Assembly (NCBI RefSeq): GCF_006345805.1
Contig: NW_021832272.1
Location: 8,746 to 72,745 of the forward strand
Source: Octopus sinensis
Lineage: Eukaryota
Direction of reading: 5' to 3'
Length of the DNA stretch: 64,000 nt
Shown here: one piece after another, positions 38,931 through 52,995 of the stretch
Position numbering within the stretch: the stretch's first letter is position 1
How the letters are laid out: each line of letters begins with the position of its first letter
The notes under the pieces: generated by a model
Told to the model about the DNA's origin: nothing
The model's database searches: none
What the model saw: the letters and a program-made list of their open reading frames with translations, nothing else
Program-made: the position numbers and the translations under genes

Positions 38931-39365
38931 CCACAACCAAAAATCAATAAATAAATAAATAAATAATAAAACGAAAGCAACAACAACAACAGCACCACCT
39001 AGTGGCTAGCGAGGGAAAAACGCCAAATCCAAACATCTACCTTCCGAACCAACTAACTCTATTAGTTTTCGATAGTTTTGTGAATATTATTTTTCATTAT
39101 TTCCCCTATTAATATTCGTCGAACAGTAAAAAGCTATTTTCCCTCACAAGATGAAGACTTTTTGATGCATGCATTAAATCTGTTGCTTTTCTGATGACAT
39201 GCAGTTGTGACGGCCTCTAAAACTGTAAGCACCGTTGATTCATCTACATTTTCTTATGTAGTGTTGTAGCATAATCGCCGTTTTAATTATATACCTTAGC
39301 GGGAGATTGAGACAGGTGTAGTTAGATGGATGGATGGATAAGTAGATAGATAGATAGGTAGATAA

Positions 39366-39432
<67 letters not shown>

Positions 39433-39751
39433 TACAGCAAGTGAGAGAGAGAGAGAGGTAACAGAAAAATAAATGCTTGACTGAATTGATAGGATGAGGG
39501 TAAGGCGGTGAAAGGTGGAGGGATTGACTTGGTAATACGGTAGAACGGACAGGTAACGCAAAGGCATACACACACACACATACATACCAATTACTCACAC
39601 ATACACATATATGTACATATATGTACATTAAAGATAAAGAGAAGTATAACAAGTTGAACCGATACGCATCCAGCAAAATAGTATATAGACATGTGCATAA
39701 TTTATGTAGATAAATGCACACAATCACACACACACACACACGCGCACACGC

Positions 39752-39782
<31 letters not shown>

Positions 39783-39976
39783 AGTAAGCACACAGACGCA
39801 AGACGATGTGGAAGAAATAGTACTCGAATACCAAATGTAGAGTTATATACTAATTTATTAAAGCTGAAAGACATGAAGATTTTTCCCCCTTTCATAAAAT
39901 AGCAGGTATCAAAACAAATACATAAACACACACACACACGCATATATATATATATATATATACATACAATATGCAT

Positions 39977-40036
<60 letters not shown>

Positions 40037-40127
40037 GCATATACATATGTATGTATGTGTCTGTGCGCGTACGTTGCTTAATGTTGGATGAATGGAAAAT
40101 GAGTGCTCAATATAAGTTATAGAGGAT

Positions 40128-40335
40128 ATGTGACCGCGTGTGTACCGTTGGCGATTTTTTTCCCTCTGTCTTCCCTTCTCTGGATCTTCCCTTCTCCTAT
40201 GTTTCCGACGAAGAGCTCCGCTCGAAACGTTAAACCCCCCTTCTTTCCTTCTCTCCTGAGCGTCCAATAATACTATATTTGTTCCACGTCCTCGCGTTGT
40301 TGTGTTTTTTTGTGCTTTCTTGTTTGGATTAACTA
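40128..40335 (+). mobile_element. Short hammerhead-bearing element, copy 3
   Basis: GUUU-CCGACGA-A-GAGC-UCC-GCUC-GAA-ACGU-U-AAAC at 40201-40235. Confidence 0.75.
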
Positions 40336-40349
40336 TATATATATATCTT

Positions 40350-41065
40350 CGTCTTTGGCTGTCTATCGCAGACTGGTAATCTCTTCCCAAGTGTCTGAGG
40401 AGATGCTCGAGTTCTTCATATGCCCCTTCAGCACAGCCCTGTATCGCATCTTCTGGCCACCATGGCCTCACCTGCTCTGTCACAGTTCATCATAGAAAAC
40501 TGCTTTTGGGAGCCTTCTTCCCCCCATCCTGCAAGCATTTTCTCCCACCGCAGCTGCGATGATGTAACGAGGACCTCCACACAATCTGTGCTAGCATGGC
40601 GCGGGACCTCTACATCAGGAATGCGATCTTTCCATTTGATATGCAAAGTGGAGTCCAGATGACGAAGCTGGACATGCGTCAGGGCCTTGATGTACTTGCG
40701 GTTGAGAGCCATGCATTACGTGGCTTAGAGGTGGCAAGAAAGTACTGTGGTACTGTACACCTTTATCTTCGTGTTGCGGCAATGTCATGGCAGATTCATT
40801 GACGCTTCTCTAGAGAGCCAAAAGTTTTTTGTGGCAGACTGTGTTCGCCTCTCAACAACGAGGTCAAAAGAGTTAGTACAAGTCACTGTGCTGCCGAGAT
40901 AGGTAAAGGCCTCGGTGTACATTAGGGGTTCTCCGTGGACTAACACGCTCTCTGGATCTATTTAGACATTTTGGTGGGAGCTGGTAGAGCAGCTCAGTTT
41001 TCGAAGTGTTGATCTTGAGGCCAAACATGTCTGCTGCACAAGAAAACCGGGCCACTTGCTGGCAA
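40350..41065 (-). pseudogene. RTE-BovB-like LINE remnant
   Basis: AADMFGLKINTSKTELLYQLPP and HIKWKDRIPDVEV..SQLRW. Confidence 0.8.
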
Positions 41066-41800
41066 TAGGATATTGTGGTCGACTCTGTCGGACGCTTTGC
41101 TGAAATCAAGATATATGACATCAGAGTTCGAACCTGATCCCAAGGCTTCAAGGACCTCATCGATGTAATGTAAGAGCTGTGTTAGACAGTCCCAGCCGCA
41201 ACGAAAGCCATGCTGGTTGGAATTTAGAAGATTGTGGTTCTCCGGGAAGCCAGCTATCCTTGATCTCACCACCCTTACAAACACTTTCATGATATAGGAG
41301 GTGAGTGATATTGGACGATAGTTGAGTGCAAGGAAGCTGTTTCCATGTTTGAAGATTGGGATGGACTGTTTCGGTATATAGCCTGGGTCTAAAGAATTTC
41401 TCCAGATGTTGGTTAGAGGGACTGCAAGTTGGTGTCTACATTCATTCAGGACATTAGCGGGGAATATATCAGGGCCTACAACAGAATTGTACTTTATCTC
41501 ATGCATTGCTTCTATGACATCTGAAGCAGTAAAAGTTATGTCCGACTTCATTCACATCCTTGCATCAACATCTGTGGGATAACTAATGACAGAACAGTAC
41601 TGTTCCTGCAGTACTTCTGCCATTTCTTTAGCAACGGATGAATCAGCGGTCCTATGCTTATTGGCACATGAATAAAACACAGTTTGGTTCTGTTTGATTT
41701 TTTTTTTATCACCCACTGTTCCTCTGCAGTTCTTTGATTTTCAATGAAGGTTTTCATACTGATCTGCAGATGATGTTTTTCCAACTCAAACCTTTTCATA
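41066..41800 (-). pseudogene. CR1-clade LINE RT remnant
   Basis: GPDIFPANVLNEC..NYRPISLTS..NQHGFR..DVIYLDFSKASDRVDHNILL. Confidence 0.9.
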
Positions 41801-42114
41801 GTCGTTGAATGTGGATGCTAATATGTGGGAGTATTTTCATTGGTTGATCTTTAAAAAAATTATGTCTTTCGATGCTCCTGGTGAGTGTTTTTTCTCTCTC
41901 TCTAGGGAGCCTGTTTCTTTTTTGTGCCTGTGAATTTCGTAAAAGCGTGCTTTGAGCATGTATAGGTAACAATGTTTTCAAAGCGCTGCCATGCAGTTTC
42001 AATGTCAGAAGATCTGGACTTCTGGCCAGTTTATCTAGAGGTTAGAACTTGATGTATTCATGGCTCAAACAATGTTATATCCAGATGTATGGATGGCTGT
42101 ATGTTATGTTCATA

Positions 42115-42640
42115 TTCTTTTCTACTCTAGGCACACGGCCCGAAATTTTGGGGGAGGGGGGGCAGTTGATTAGATCGACCCCAGTACGCAACTGGTACTT
42201 AATTCATCGACTTCGAAAGGATGGAAGGCAAAATCAACCTTGGCGGAATTTGAACTCAGAACATAAAGACAGACGAAATAATGTTATGTTCATATTAAGA
42301 GCTGCATGGATGTATTGTCATTATGTATGGATACCTGTGAAGGGTATTCGGCTCGCCATCGTAGGGTTGCGAGTTCGATTCCCGGCTAGGCGCTGTGTCC
42401 TTGAGCAAGACACTTTATTTCACATTGCTCCAGTCCACTCAGCTGGCAAAAATGAGTAATACCTGTAATTCACAAGGGCCAGCTTTGTCACACTCTGTAT
42501 CACACTGAATCTCCCTGAGAACAACATTAAGGGTACACGTGTCTGTGGAGTACTCAGCCACTTGCACGTTAATTTCACAAGCAGGCTGTTCCTTTGATTG
42601 GATCAACTGGAACCCTCGTCGTCGTAAGCGACGGAGTCTC
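42115..42640. mobile_element. SINE B (-, 42115-42280) and a D-head/C-tail chimeric SINE (+, 42335-42640)
   Basis: Head matches 56115; tail matches 49480-49645. Confidence 0.75.
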
Positions 42641-42999
42641 AGGTTTTTTTAATGTATGGATACCTATAAGGATGTTGCACCTCGATGTATGGATGACTGT
42701 ATCGTTGTTGTATCTAGATGTATGGATGACTGCATGGAAACTATATCAAGATGTATGGTTGACCGTATGGATATTATGTTACGATACATGGCTGTCTTGT
42801 ATGGACATTATGTCTAGCTGTATGGACGGTTTTCAGGATAGTCTAAGTGTATGGATAACTGTAAGGATGACTCTAAATCGGTGGGCGGCCGTATGGATAT
42901 TATTTCGAGATGCATGGGTGGCTTTATGTATGTATGTATGTATGTATGTATGTATGTATGTATGTATGTATGTATTATGTATGTATGTATGTATGTATG

Positions 43000-43477
43000 T
43001 GTGTGTGTATGTACTTAGATGGCTATCATGTTTTGGATGCATGTATGAAAGGACGGACGGACAAACAGATAAACGAATAATCGTTGCTATTTTTGTTGCC
43101 ATAATTATAAAACATCTCTGTGATTGCTCTGCTCTGTTCTCATTGTTTTTATAGCTATTATTGCCTTCGTTATTAACGATTGTGGGTGGCAGGACTCCTG
43201 CGAACGCTTTTAATATTAAGGAAACTTATTTTAAAAAATAAAATATGGCGCTTTTTATCCCCCGAGCTTTGACAGCCGAAGACAATTCGAGATTTGCAAT
43301 CAACTGTTGCAGAAGATTGTGAAATTGGCTCTGCTGCTTTTTCACCTGTGGCATAGAACCAAAGTCATTGGATTTTACAGCTGGAGCAGGCAGCTAGGAT
43401 ATTGTGTTAGTCTTGCTGCGAAGCACTTTGCAAAGCATTCGAGCACATACACGCATACGCACGCACGCACACACACA

Positions 43478-43520
<43 letters not shown>

Positions 43521-44146
43521 CCCATGTATGCATACATATTTACATGCACACATACGCTCGCTCGCACGCACACACATACACAGACCTCCCCCCTACAAAA
43601 ATAATAATTCTTTGTTTTAATATTTCTGTGTGTGTGTGTATTTATATTTATGCATATTTATGTATAACGCATGTTGTGTGTGTGTATGTACTTAGATGGC
43701 TATCATGTTTTGGATGCATGTATGAAAGGACGGACGGACAAACAGATAAACGAATAATCGTTGCTATTTTTGTTGCCATAATTATAAAACATCTCTGTGA
43801 TTGCTCTGCTCTGTTCTCATTGTTTTTATAGCTATTATTGCCTTCGTTATTAACGATTGTGGGTGGCAGGACTCCTGCGAACGCTTTTATATTAAGGAAA
43901 CTTATTTTAAAAAATAAAATATGGCGCTTTTTATCCCCCGAGCTTTGACAGCCGAAGACAATTCGAGATTTGCAATCAACTGTTGCAGAAGATTGTGAAA
44001 TTGGCTCTGCTGCTTTTTCACCTGTGCATAGAACCAAAGTCATTGGATTTTACAGCTGGAGCAGGCAGCTAGGATATTGTGTTAGTCTTGCTGCGAAGCA
44101 CTTTGCAAAGCATTCGAGCACATACACGCATACGCACGCATGCACG

Positions 44147-44190
<44 letters not shown>

Positions 44191-44355
44191 ACACACACAC
44201 ATGCCCATGTATGCATACATATTTACATGCACACATACGCTCGCTCGCACGCACACACATACACAGACCTCCCCCCTACAAAAATAATAATTCTTTGTTT
44301 TAATATTTCTGTGTGTGTGTGTCTTTATATTTATGCATATTTATGTATAACGCAT
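43000..44355. repeat. Near-identical direct tandem duplication, period 677 bp
   Basis: gtacttagatggctatc at 43011 and 43688; unique cores nearly identical. Confidence 0.95.
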
Positions 44356-45379
44356 GTGTGTGTGTGTATTTATATTTATGTATGTATAACATACGTGTGT
44401 GTGTGCATGCATATATATATATTTGTGTGTGTATGCATTTATATATATACGTGTGTGTGTGTGTGTTTATGTATGTATATCATACGTGTATGTGTGTGTG
44501 TATGCATATATATGTGTGTGTGTAATTATGTATGTATAGCATGTGTGTGTGTGTTTGTGTATGTGTGTGTGTATTTATGTATGTATAGCATATGTGTGTG
44601 TATGCATATATATGTGTGTATGTGTTTATGTATGTATAGCATACGTGTGTGTGTATGCATATATATGTGTGTGTGTATTTATGTATGTATAGCATACGTG
44701 TGTGTGTATGCATATATATGTGTGTGTATTCATGTATGTATAGCATATGTATGTATGTGTCTTTGTGTATGTATGTGTGCATTATATATATATATATGTG
44801 TGTATGTTTTGTTTGTCTTTCCATGTCAATCTCTCCCTCTCTCCTCTCTCACTCTCTTTCTCTCTCGCACTCATCCTTTGTCTATCTGCCTGTTTCTTTC
44901 TGACTGTCTCTCTATCTGATTCTCTCTCCCTCCCTCCCCTCTCTCCCACCCTCCCTCTCTCTCTGTCTTCCTCCCTTTATCCATTCCTTGCTCTCCCACC
45001 CCCCCGCGACAACACCCCCATTCCTCGCCGTAGAAAACAAAAATGGTCAAGCAGCTCTATTGCTGCTCGTGTCGTCCGCATTCGGCCACTCTCGGCCACT
45101 CTCGGCCACATTCGGTGAAGCAATGGTCAGCTGCGGTTGGTCCGTTATTTGTGGTCACCGGGTTAATAAGCGATTGTGTGAAGTTACCCAAGCTGGAAGA
45201 GTCATGTGGGAAGGATGTGGTGTGTGTGTGTGTGGGGGGGAGAAGTGATGGACGATGATATATTCATTAAGGAGGCGATGGTGATGGGGGGGTGGGGTGA
45301 TGCTTGTGAAGATGGTTGTGGTGGCGGTTGTGGTACTAGCTATGATAGTATCAGAGGTGGTTGGTAGTGGTCTTTGTGA

Positions 45380-46230
45380 CATCGGTAGTGGTGGCTGTGG
45401 TGGTGGTGGTAGCAATACTTGTTGTAATGGTGGTAGTAGTAGTAGTGGTGGTGGTGGTGGTGGTGGCTGTGGTGGTGGTGGTAGCAGTACTTGTTGTAAT
45501 GGTGGTAGTAGTAGTAGTAGTGGTGGTGGTGGTGGTGGCTGTGGTGGTGGTGGTAGCAGTACTTGTTGTAATGGTGGTAGTAGTAGTAGTAGTGGTGGTG
45601 GTGGTGGCTGTGGTGGTGGTGGTAGCAGTACTTGTTGTAATGGTGGTAGTAGTAGTAGTGGTGGTGGTGGTGGTGGTGGCTGTGGTGGTGGTGGTAGCAG
45701 TACTTGTTGTAATGGTGGTAGTAGTAGTAGTGGTGGTGGTGGTGGTGGTGGCTGTGGTGGTGGTGGTAGCAGTACTTGTTGTAATGGTGGTAGTAGTAGT
45801 AGTGGTGGTGGTGGTGGTGGTGGTGGTGGTGGCTGTGGTGGTGGTGGTAGCAGTACTTGTTGTTTAATTGTAGGTAGTAGTAGTAGTAGGTGGTGGTGGT
45901 GTGGCTGTGGTGGTGGTGTAGCATACTTGTTGTAATGGTGTAGTAGTAGTAGTGTGGTGGTGGTGGTGGTGGTGGTGGCTGTGGTGGTGGTGGTAGCAGT
46001 ACTTGTTGTAATGTGTGTAGTAGTAGTAGTGGTGGTGGTGGTGGTGGCTGTGTGGTGGTTGTAGCAGTACTTGTTGTAATGGTGGGAGTGTAGTAGTGTG
46101 GTGGTGGTGGTGGTGGTGGTGGTGGTGGTGGCTGTGGTGGTGGTGGTAGCAGTACTTGTTGTAATGGTGGTAGTAGTAGTAGTGGTGGTGGTGGTGGTGG
46201 TGGTGGTGGTGGTGGTGGTGGTGAAATCGG
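45380..46230. repeat. ~70-bp compound triplet minisatellite, 11 units
   Basis: Core agtacttgttgtaatgg repeated 11 times with variable (GGT)/(AGT) runs. Confidence 0.95.
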
Positions 46231-46656
46231 TGGTGTTGATTGTAATGGTGGGATGTGGATGTGGTGGATGGTGTCAGCATCACCACCAACACCAACAACA
46301 ACAACAGCACCACCAACAACAATACCATCGCCACCACCACCACCACCATCACCATCACCATCATCACTACTACTACTTCTACATTCACCACTAGTGATGC
46401 TAGTTGTGGCAGTAGTGGTTGTAGTGGTGGTAGTTAGTTGTAGAAGTGGTTATTGTAGCAGCAACGGTGATAGTACATGTGGTGTGGTTAATGGTGGTGG
46501 TGGTGGCAGCAGTGGTAGTGGTGAATGTAGTAGTAGTAGTAGTAGTAGTAGTAGTTGACGTCGAACAGAGTTGATGTCACAGTTGCATGTCCACCATCGT
46601 TACAATGTTATAATTATGGAAACTTTTAACTGTTGTTGGCATCGATGAAAATGATG

Positions 46657-46695
<39 letters not shown>

Positions 46696-47265
46696 CGATG
46701 ATGACGATGATGATGATGATGATGATGTTGATGATGTGTTGTTGGGTACTCGCCTGTCTTGCTGTTATTGTGTGTGTGTGTGTGCCTTTCCCTCCCTCCC
46801 TCCACTACCACTTGACGACTAGTGTTGGTGTGTTTACGTCCTTGTAACTTAGCGGTTCGGCAAAACAGACCGATAGAACAAGCACCAGGCTTAATTTTTA
46901 ATTTTTTTTATTTTTTAAAATAAAGTACCGAGTCGACTAAAATTCGACTAAAATTCTCGAAGGCTGTGCCCCAGCATGGCCGCAGTCTAATGGACAAGTA
47001 AAAGATAAGATATATTTGTTGTTGTCGATGATGATGATGATGATGATGCGTGGCAGTTGTATTGTTGCTGATGTTGTTGTTGTTTTTAGTGTTGTCATTG
47101 ATGTTTTGTCCCAGGTCAGATCTTACCTAACAAACCACACACACACACTTATGTTCAAAGGCGTTCCAGTAATGACCACCCCCACCTTTTTAAAACACGT
47201 TATGACACGATTCTCTGGATCAGTGTTGTCGAAGTTCTCGTGGTAGTAGCAGTAGTAGTAGTAGA

Positions 47266-47342
<77 letters not shown>

Positions 47343-48175
47343 AAGCAGCAGCAGCAGCAATTCCATTGTGGTTTTACTGTTGGTTCCGTTGTTGATATTA
47401 GCGATCTTGTTGCTTATGATGATGCTGATGCTGATGATGATGATGATGATGATGACGATGATGATGATAATGATGACGATGGTGCTGCTGCTGCTACTGT
47501 TGATGAAGATGATGATGATGCACTTGCTTATTATAAGGATGATTAATTTGTTGTTGTCGTTGTTGTTGTTGATGGTGATGATGATGATGACGACGATGAT
47601 GTCGGTATTGCTGTTGTTGCTGTTGTTGCTGTCAAAAAATGATTTGTTTCTCAGTCATTCACGTTATTTACTCCATTCAATTAAAGAAAGAAAAAAAAAA
47701 CAAATGAAAAGGAAAAAAGAAAGAAAAACGTAAAACCACCCCCCACACACATACACACTGCCCCCCACCCACCCACCCCCAAATTTTTTTTTAAAACAAA
47801 AAAATAACCAAAGCAAAAACAAAAAGAAGGGGAGAAAAAAATGGCGATGCATGAAAGAGATGAGTGAGATATTACAAGTGAATGTTTTTGCGCCGGAGGC
47901 GGGAAAATAAAAAAAAGAGTTTCTCGTTTCTTCATTCAACGATAATGTTTAATCACCGCCTTATATTTCAAATGTCATCTGCAGAGTTTCGTGTCGCCCA
48001 TCAGTAGAAGGAAGAGGAGGAGGAAGAGAAGGAAAGGGAGGAGGAGGCAGAAGAGGAGAGGAGGGTTGTAGGTTGTGCGGACCGTTCGTTTGCCAATATT
48101 AGATAACAGCATCGTCTGCGTGTCGGTCTGCTCGTCTGACTGTGCGGTTGTTGGGTGATTGTGTGCAAGAAGTTC

Positions 48176-48226
<51 letters not shown>

Positions 48227-48375
48227 TGTGTGTTTCTCTGCATTTTCTGCGTGTTTCTTTACGTGTGATCCATGTCTATATTTCTGTCTGTCCGTTTATG
48301 TTCAGTTGGTTTCACATTGGTAAAGTCGTCAGCTCGATTCTTGGACAGGACGGCACGATCCCGGAACCAGAGGTC

Positions 48376-48755
48376 TATTATTATTATTATTGTTCGACCG
48401 TGGTCGAGACAATGGAATTTACTATGTTACGCCAGACTTCACGGTCCATCATAGCATTACGGAGGTCCTGTTGCTGGATGCCTGTATCCCTGGAGATTAC
48501 ATCAGGGTAGGAGAGTGTGCGCACTCTGGTATTGCGAGTAGATGGCTTCCAGGGGAGAAGAGTAGAAATTACCTCTTTTTCAGCTCTACAACAATGTCCA
48601 GCAAACTAGACTCTCTTACCTTTCACAAGAGATGACACAGGTGGTAGTTTCCCATATATTTGCATTTTGGTTGGATGGCGCTTCCACGAGAGATTTTGAG
48701 CTCTCATAAGGAGGCGAGTGTAGGTTCCATCCAACCGCCTCTCAAGCTTCTTTGA
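48376..48755 (-). mobile_element. Second copy of the 26.3-kb RTE/RTEX LINE, (TAA)n tail
   Basis: Nearly identical to about 26550-26920. Confidence 0.9.
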
Positions 48756-49269
48756 GGTATACTTAAGCCACGCACGTACGTACTTCATTTCACGTTGCTC
48801 CAGTGTACTCGACTGGAAAGAGCACACACCAAATGATTGTGCATCTCTCCCTCTCTACATTGTGTGTGCGTGTGTATGAAAAACAGTTTTGGTAGTGTAG
48901 AGAATAGTATATTGGTAATAATGATAAGTTTAGTCAGAAGAAAGGAAGGAATTGTCCCTTAGTTTATTTCTACACAAGTACAAATAAATCATCAAATTTT
49001 CTGAGGAGATGAAATGAAATAAGATAAAATGAAGTACAATATTTACGTTATATTGAAGACATTTTTGTCAAGCCTTGAGAACGTTTGTGCCTCTACATGG
49101 ACTAAAAACTTCTTAAGAGACTACGAAACTACCATGTTTTCACCAGTTTCCCTCTCATTATTAGCAAAACGCGAACCGGCGATAGACCATCATAATATTA
49201 TATCTTATAAAATATATTAAAATATATAAATAGTGTGCTTTTCCTTCTGTTATATATATTTTCATTATG

Positions 49270-49645
49270 TGGAGGCGCAATGGCTCAGTGGTGAGGGAAG
49301 TGGACTCGCGGTCGTAGAATCGCGGTTTCGATTCCCAAACCAGGCGTTGTGAGTGTTTTTTGGGCGAAAACACCTAAAGCTCCACGAGTCCCCGGCAGTG
49401 GGAGTGGGGGCTGCTGTACTCTTTCACCACAACTTCCTCTCTCTCTTTCTTCCTGTTTCTGTTGTACCTATATATCAAAGGGCCAGTCTTATCAGACTCT
49501 GTGTCACGCTGAATCTCCCCGAGAACTACGTTAAGGGTCACGTGTCTGTGGAGTGCTCAGCGACTTGCACGTTAATTTCACGAGCAGGCTGTTTCGTTGA
49601 TCGGATCAACTGGAACCCTCGTCGTCGTAACCGACGGAGTGCCAC
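49270..49645 (+). mobile_element. SINE family C
   Basis: ggcgcaatggctcagtggtg (A box) ... ggtttcgattccc (B box). Confidence 0.85.
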
Positions 49646-49696
49646 AATATTTTCATTATAACTCACCAGCAAACTTGTTGATATCACCTCGTATAC

Positions 49697-49729
<33 letters not shown>

Positions 49730-49732
<3 letters not shown>

Positions 49733-50007
49733 GAAGCCAGACATAGTGTTAATTGAGAAAGAAAGCAAATGATGCTGGATCATAGATATAGCATGCCCAG
49801 CTGATAACAAGGTATGCGATAAGGAAGGAAGAAAAGTCAATAGATATGAGAGGTTAGCTTGGAAAGTTAAGCAGTTGTGGTCGCTGTAAAATGTGGTAGT
49901 AGTGCCAATAATTGTCGGAGCCCTGGGAACAGTGAGTTAAAATCTTGAGAAGTACATGGAACCAATAGGGGCTGCAATAAGGGTGGAGCACTTGCAGAAA
50001 ATAGCAC
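49730..50007 (+). pseudogene. R4/Dong-like RLE endonuclease remnant
   Basis: KPDIVLIEK..IIDIACPAD..VVPIIVGALGTV..EHLQK. Confidence 0.85.
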
Positions 50008-50019
50008 ATGTTCCAGTAT

Positions 50020-50800
50020 GAATCAACAAGTGGACGAGCATTATGCTCCGAAGATGTTACCTTTAACAGGAATGCGAAGTATTAAGACAAAGCTCACGTA
50101 AACAATAAAGCAATAACGATTAACATGAAAATTGATAACAAAATTCTCCAACAGAAGGAATAACATCCAGGCGTAGCCAAAGAAGCCTCTCCGTCCAGAA
50201 GAGGCTATCCTTCTCTCATCCGTCCTCTTCATCCTACAGGCACAAACCTAGAGTAGACTCACTCACTCGAGCAACCTTCATCCAACTTTCAACTAATTTA
50301 CTTCGGGGGCAGGAACCCTCCCCGACTTCTCTCGCTTCCCGTTTGAAATGAAACTTGTAGAAGTCGATGAGAGTTTGGCCGAAGAGGAGAGCGTCTGTCC
50401 TCAAACCTCTCAATCGGGTTAACCACACAACCTCTTTCTCCATGGCTACAAGACAAAGGAAAACTGCTCGTCTTTCCCGTTCAAAGGATGACGGTAGAGG
50501 GATCTTCCCGATGGAGTCGGCCTGTGGCTGCGCGACAGAATTCCAGAAATACCCAGGGGTTATACGAGCGCTTGAAGGACAATTTCGTCTTTATGCGCGA
50601 TTCTTGGACAGGCCCAGACGACAGTCTTACAATGCCTGCAGGATTTATCCTGAACTTGTAATGATCCTGGTTGCATTGTCAAGCCGAGGATTTTCTGGAA
50701 GTTACTTAAAGGACCTGAAATGAAAGACCTCCGGAACAGCTGATTCTCGTCGTCGCCCAAATTGCTTCGAACTCGGGCTCAAGTCCAGCAATTCTGAAAA
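50020..50800 (-). pseudogene. Tx1/L1-like LINE 3' remnant
   Basis: SCRHC..WACPRI zinc-knuckle-like piece and FLCLVAMEKEVVWLTRLRG, homologous to 53442-53720. Confidence 0.5.
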
Positions 50801-51911
50801 GAGCGAATGGTTTGGAAGCATCGATCTTGATATTTGATCGTTACTTAATTTTATCGACCTCTACTCCAACAATCGCTGCCACATACCACCATCAACACCA
50901 CAACAAACACCAAAACTATCATTACATATAACAACTACCACCACCCGCCGCCGCCACCACCACCACCGCTACCACCACCACCGCCGCCACCACCACCACC
51001 ACCACACCACCACCATCACCACCACCACCACCACCACCAAAAACCCATTGAAAATCAATAGGCAATCGCCACATTAATCACCAACACTACCACCAACACA
51101 ACCACCACCACCACCACCACCACCACTACCACCACAACCACTACCACCACCACCACCACTGCCACAACCACCACCGCTACAACCACAACCACCTCTACCA
51201 CCGCCTCAACCACCACCACCACCACCACCACCATCATCACTACCACCTCGACCACCATGACCAACACGACGACCACCGACACCACCACCACCAACACAAC
51301 TACCACCACCACCACCACCACCACTACCACCTCGACCACCATGACCAACACGACGACCACCAACACCACCAGTACCACCACCACCACCACCGAAGTTACC
51401 CTAATTGCTGTTCCTGTTGCTGCTGTCGTTGTTGTTGTTGTTGATGCGGTTCCTTGTTGACCATTTTCTGGCTCTCCTCCTCCTTCTGGTTTGTCTGGCT
51501 GCCGTTCTTTTTGTTGTTGGAAACAGCTTCTCTTGTGGCTGTTGTTGTTATTGTATTCCCCCCCTGCTGTTCCAATTTAAACATCTTCCTTTAATTATGT
51601 CTCAGCTTGTTTTTTTTTACAATCTTTTCTAGCATTGGCTTAAATAATAAAAAAAGAAAAGAAATTCAAACAAATTTTTTTTACCCTAAACACACACACG
51701 CATACACATATGCATGTACACACACACATGCATACACACACACACATACAAATGCATGTACACACACACACATGCATACTCACACACATGCATACACACA
51801 CACATTCAGATGCAGACATACGTATGAACCATTAGTGTGTATGTGTACACGCACACACACACACATATGTATATATACAGACGTTTGTATGTTGCTATGA
51901 ATATGTGTGCA

Positions 51912-51950
<39 letters not shown>

Positions 51951-52155
51951 GTATGCATATATATATATGTATGTATGTCTATATAAATGCTATGTGTAAA
52001 TATATGCATATGTACGCTTGTGTGTATGCGTGTTGTAGGAATGTACGTTTGAATATGTGTGTATTTGTATGCGTGTGTATTTCTACGAATATATGTAAAT
52101 GGATATGTCTATAAAGATATATATATATATCTTTATAGACATATCCATCTATCTG

Positions 52156-52222
<67 letters not shown>

Positions 52223-52235
52223 GTCTATCTATCTG

Positions 52236-52286
<51 letters not shown>

Positions 52287-52301
52287 CTGTCTATCTATCT
52301 G

Positions 52302-52340
<39 letters not shown>

Positions 52341-52522
52341 CTCACTCTCTCTCTCTCTCTCTTGTATATATATGTATATATTTATGTACATACACATTTA
52401 TGTATATAGATGTACATATATATATGTATGTATGTATATACACTTATGTATGCGTATATATATTTGTATTTGTGTGTTTGTGTGTGTATGTGTATATACA
52501 TGTATGTATGTATATATGTATA

Positions 52523-52577
<55 letters not shown>

Positions 52578-52719
52578 CACATACATTCACACGTACATAC
52601 ATTCATATGTACATACGCAGATGCGTGTGTAGATCGATATCATATATACATACACACACGCACACACACGTATATATATATGCACATATATATATGCATA
52701 CATACATACATACACACAT

Positions 52720-52754
<35 letters not shown>

Positions 52755-52849
52755 GAGAGCAACAGTGACTGTCAGTGTCACATTGATTTATCAGAGATCC
52801 AAATGAATGTAAATAAAGACACCACTTATCAAAGTCAGGGAGAAAGCAG

Positions 52850-52961
52850 CAGTCGCCATCATCATCATCATCACTGTCATCATCATCATCATCATCATCA
52901 TCATTGTCATCATCATCATCACCGTCATCATCATCATCATCATCATCAATCGACGTCGTCG

Positions 52962-52995
<34 letters not shown>

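Noticed and set aside
39296-40483. 395-aa minus-strand ORF
   Set aside because: Chimeric read-through of an RTE remnant, the antisense of the hammerhead element and microsatellites.
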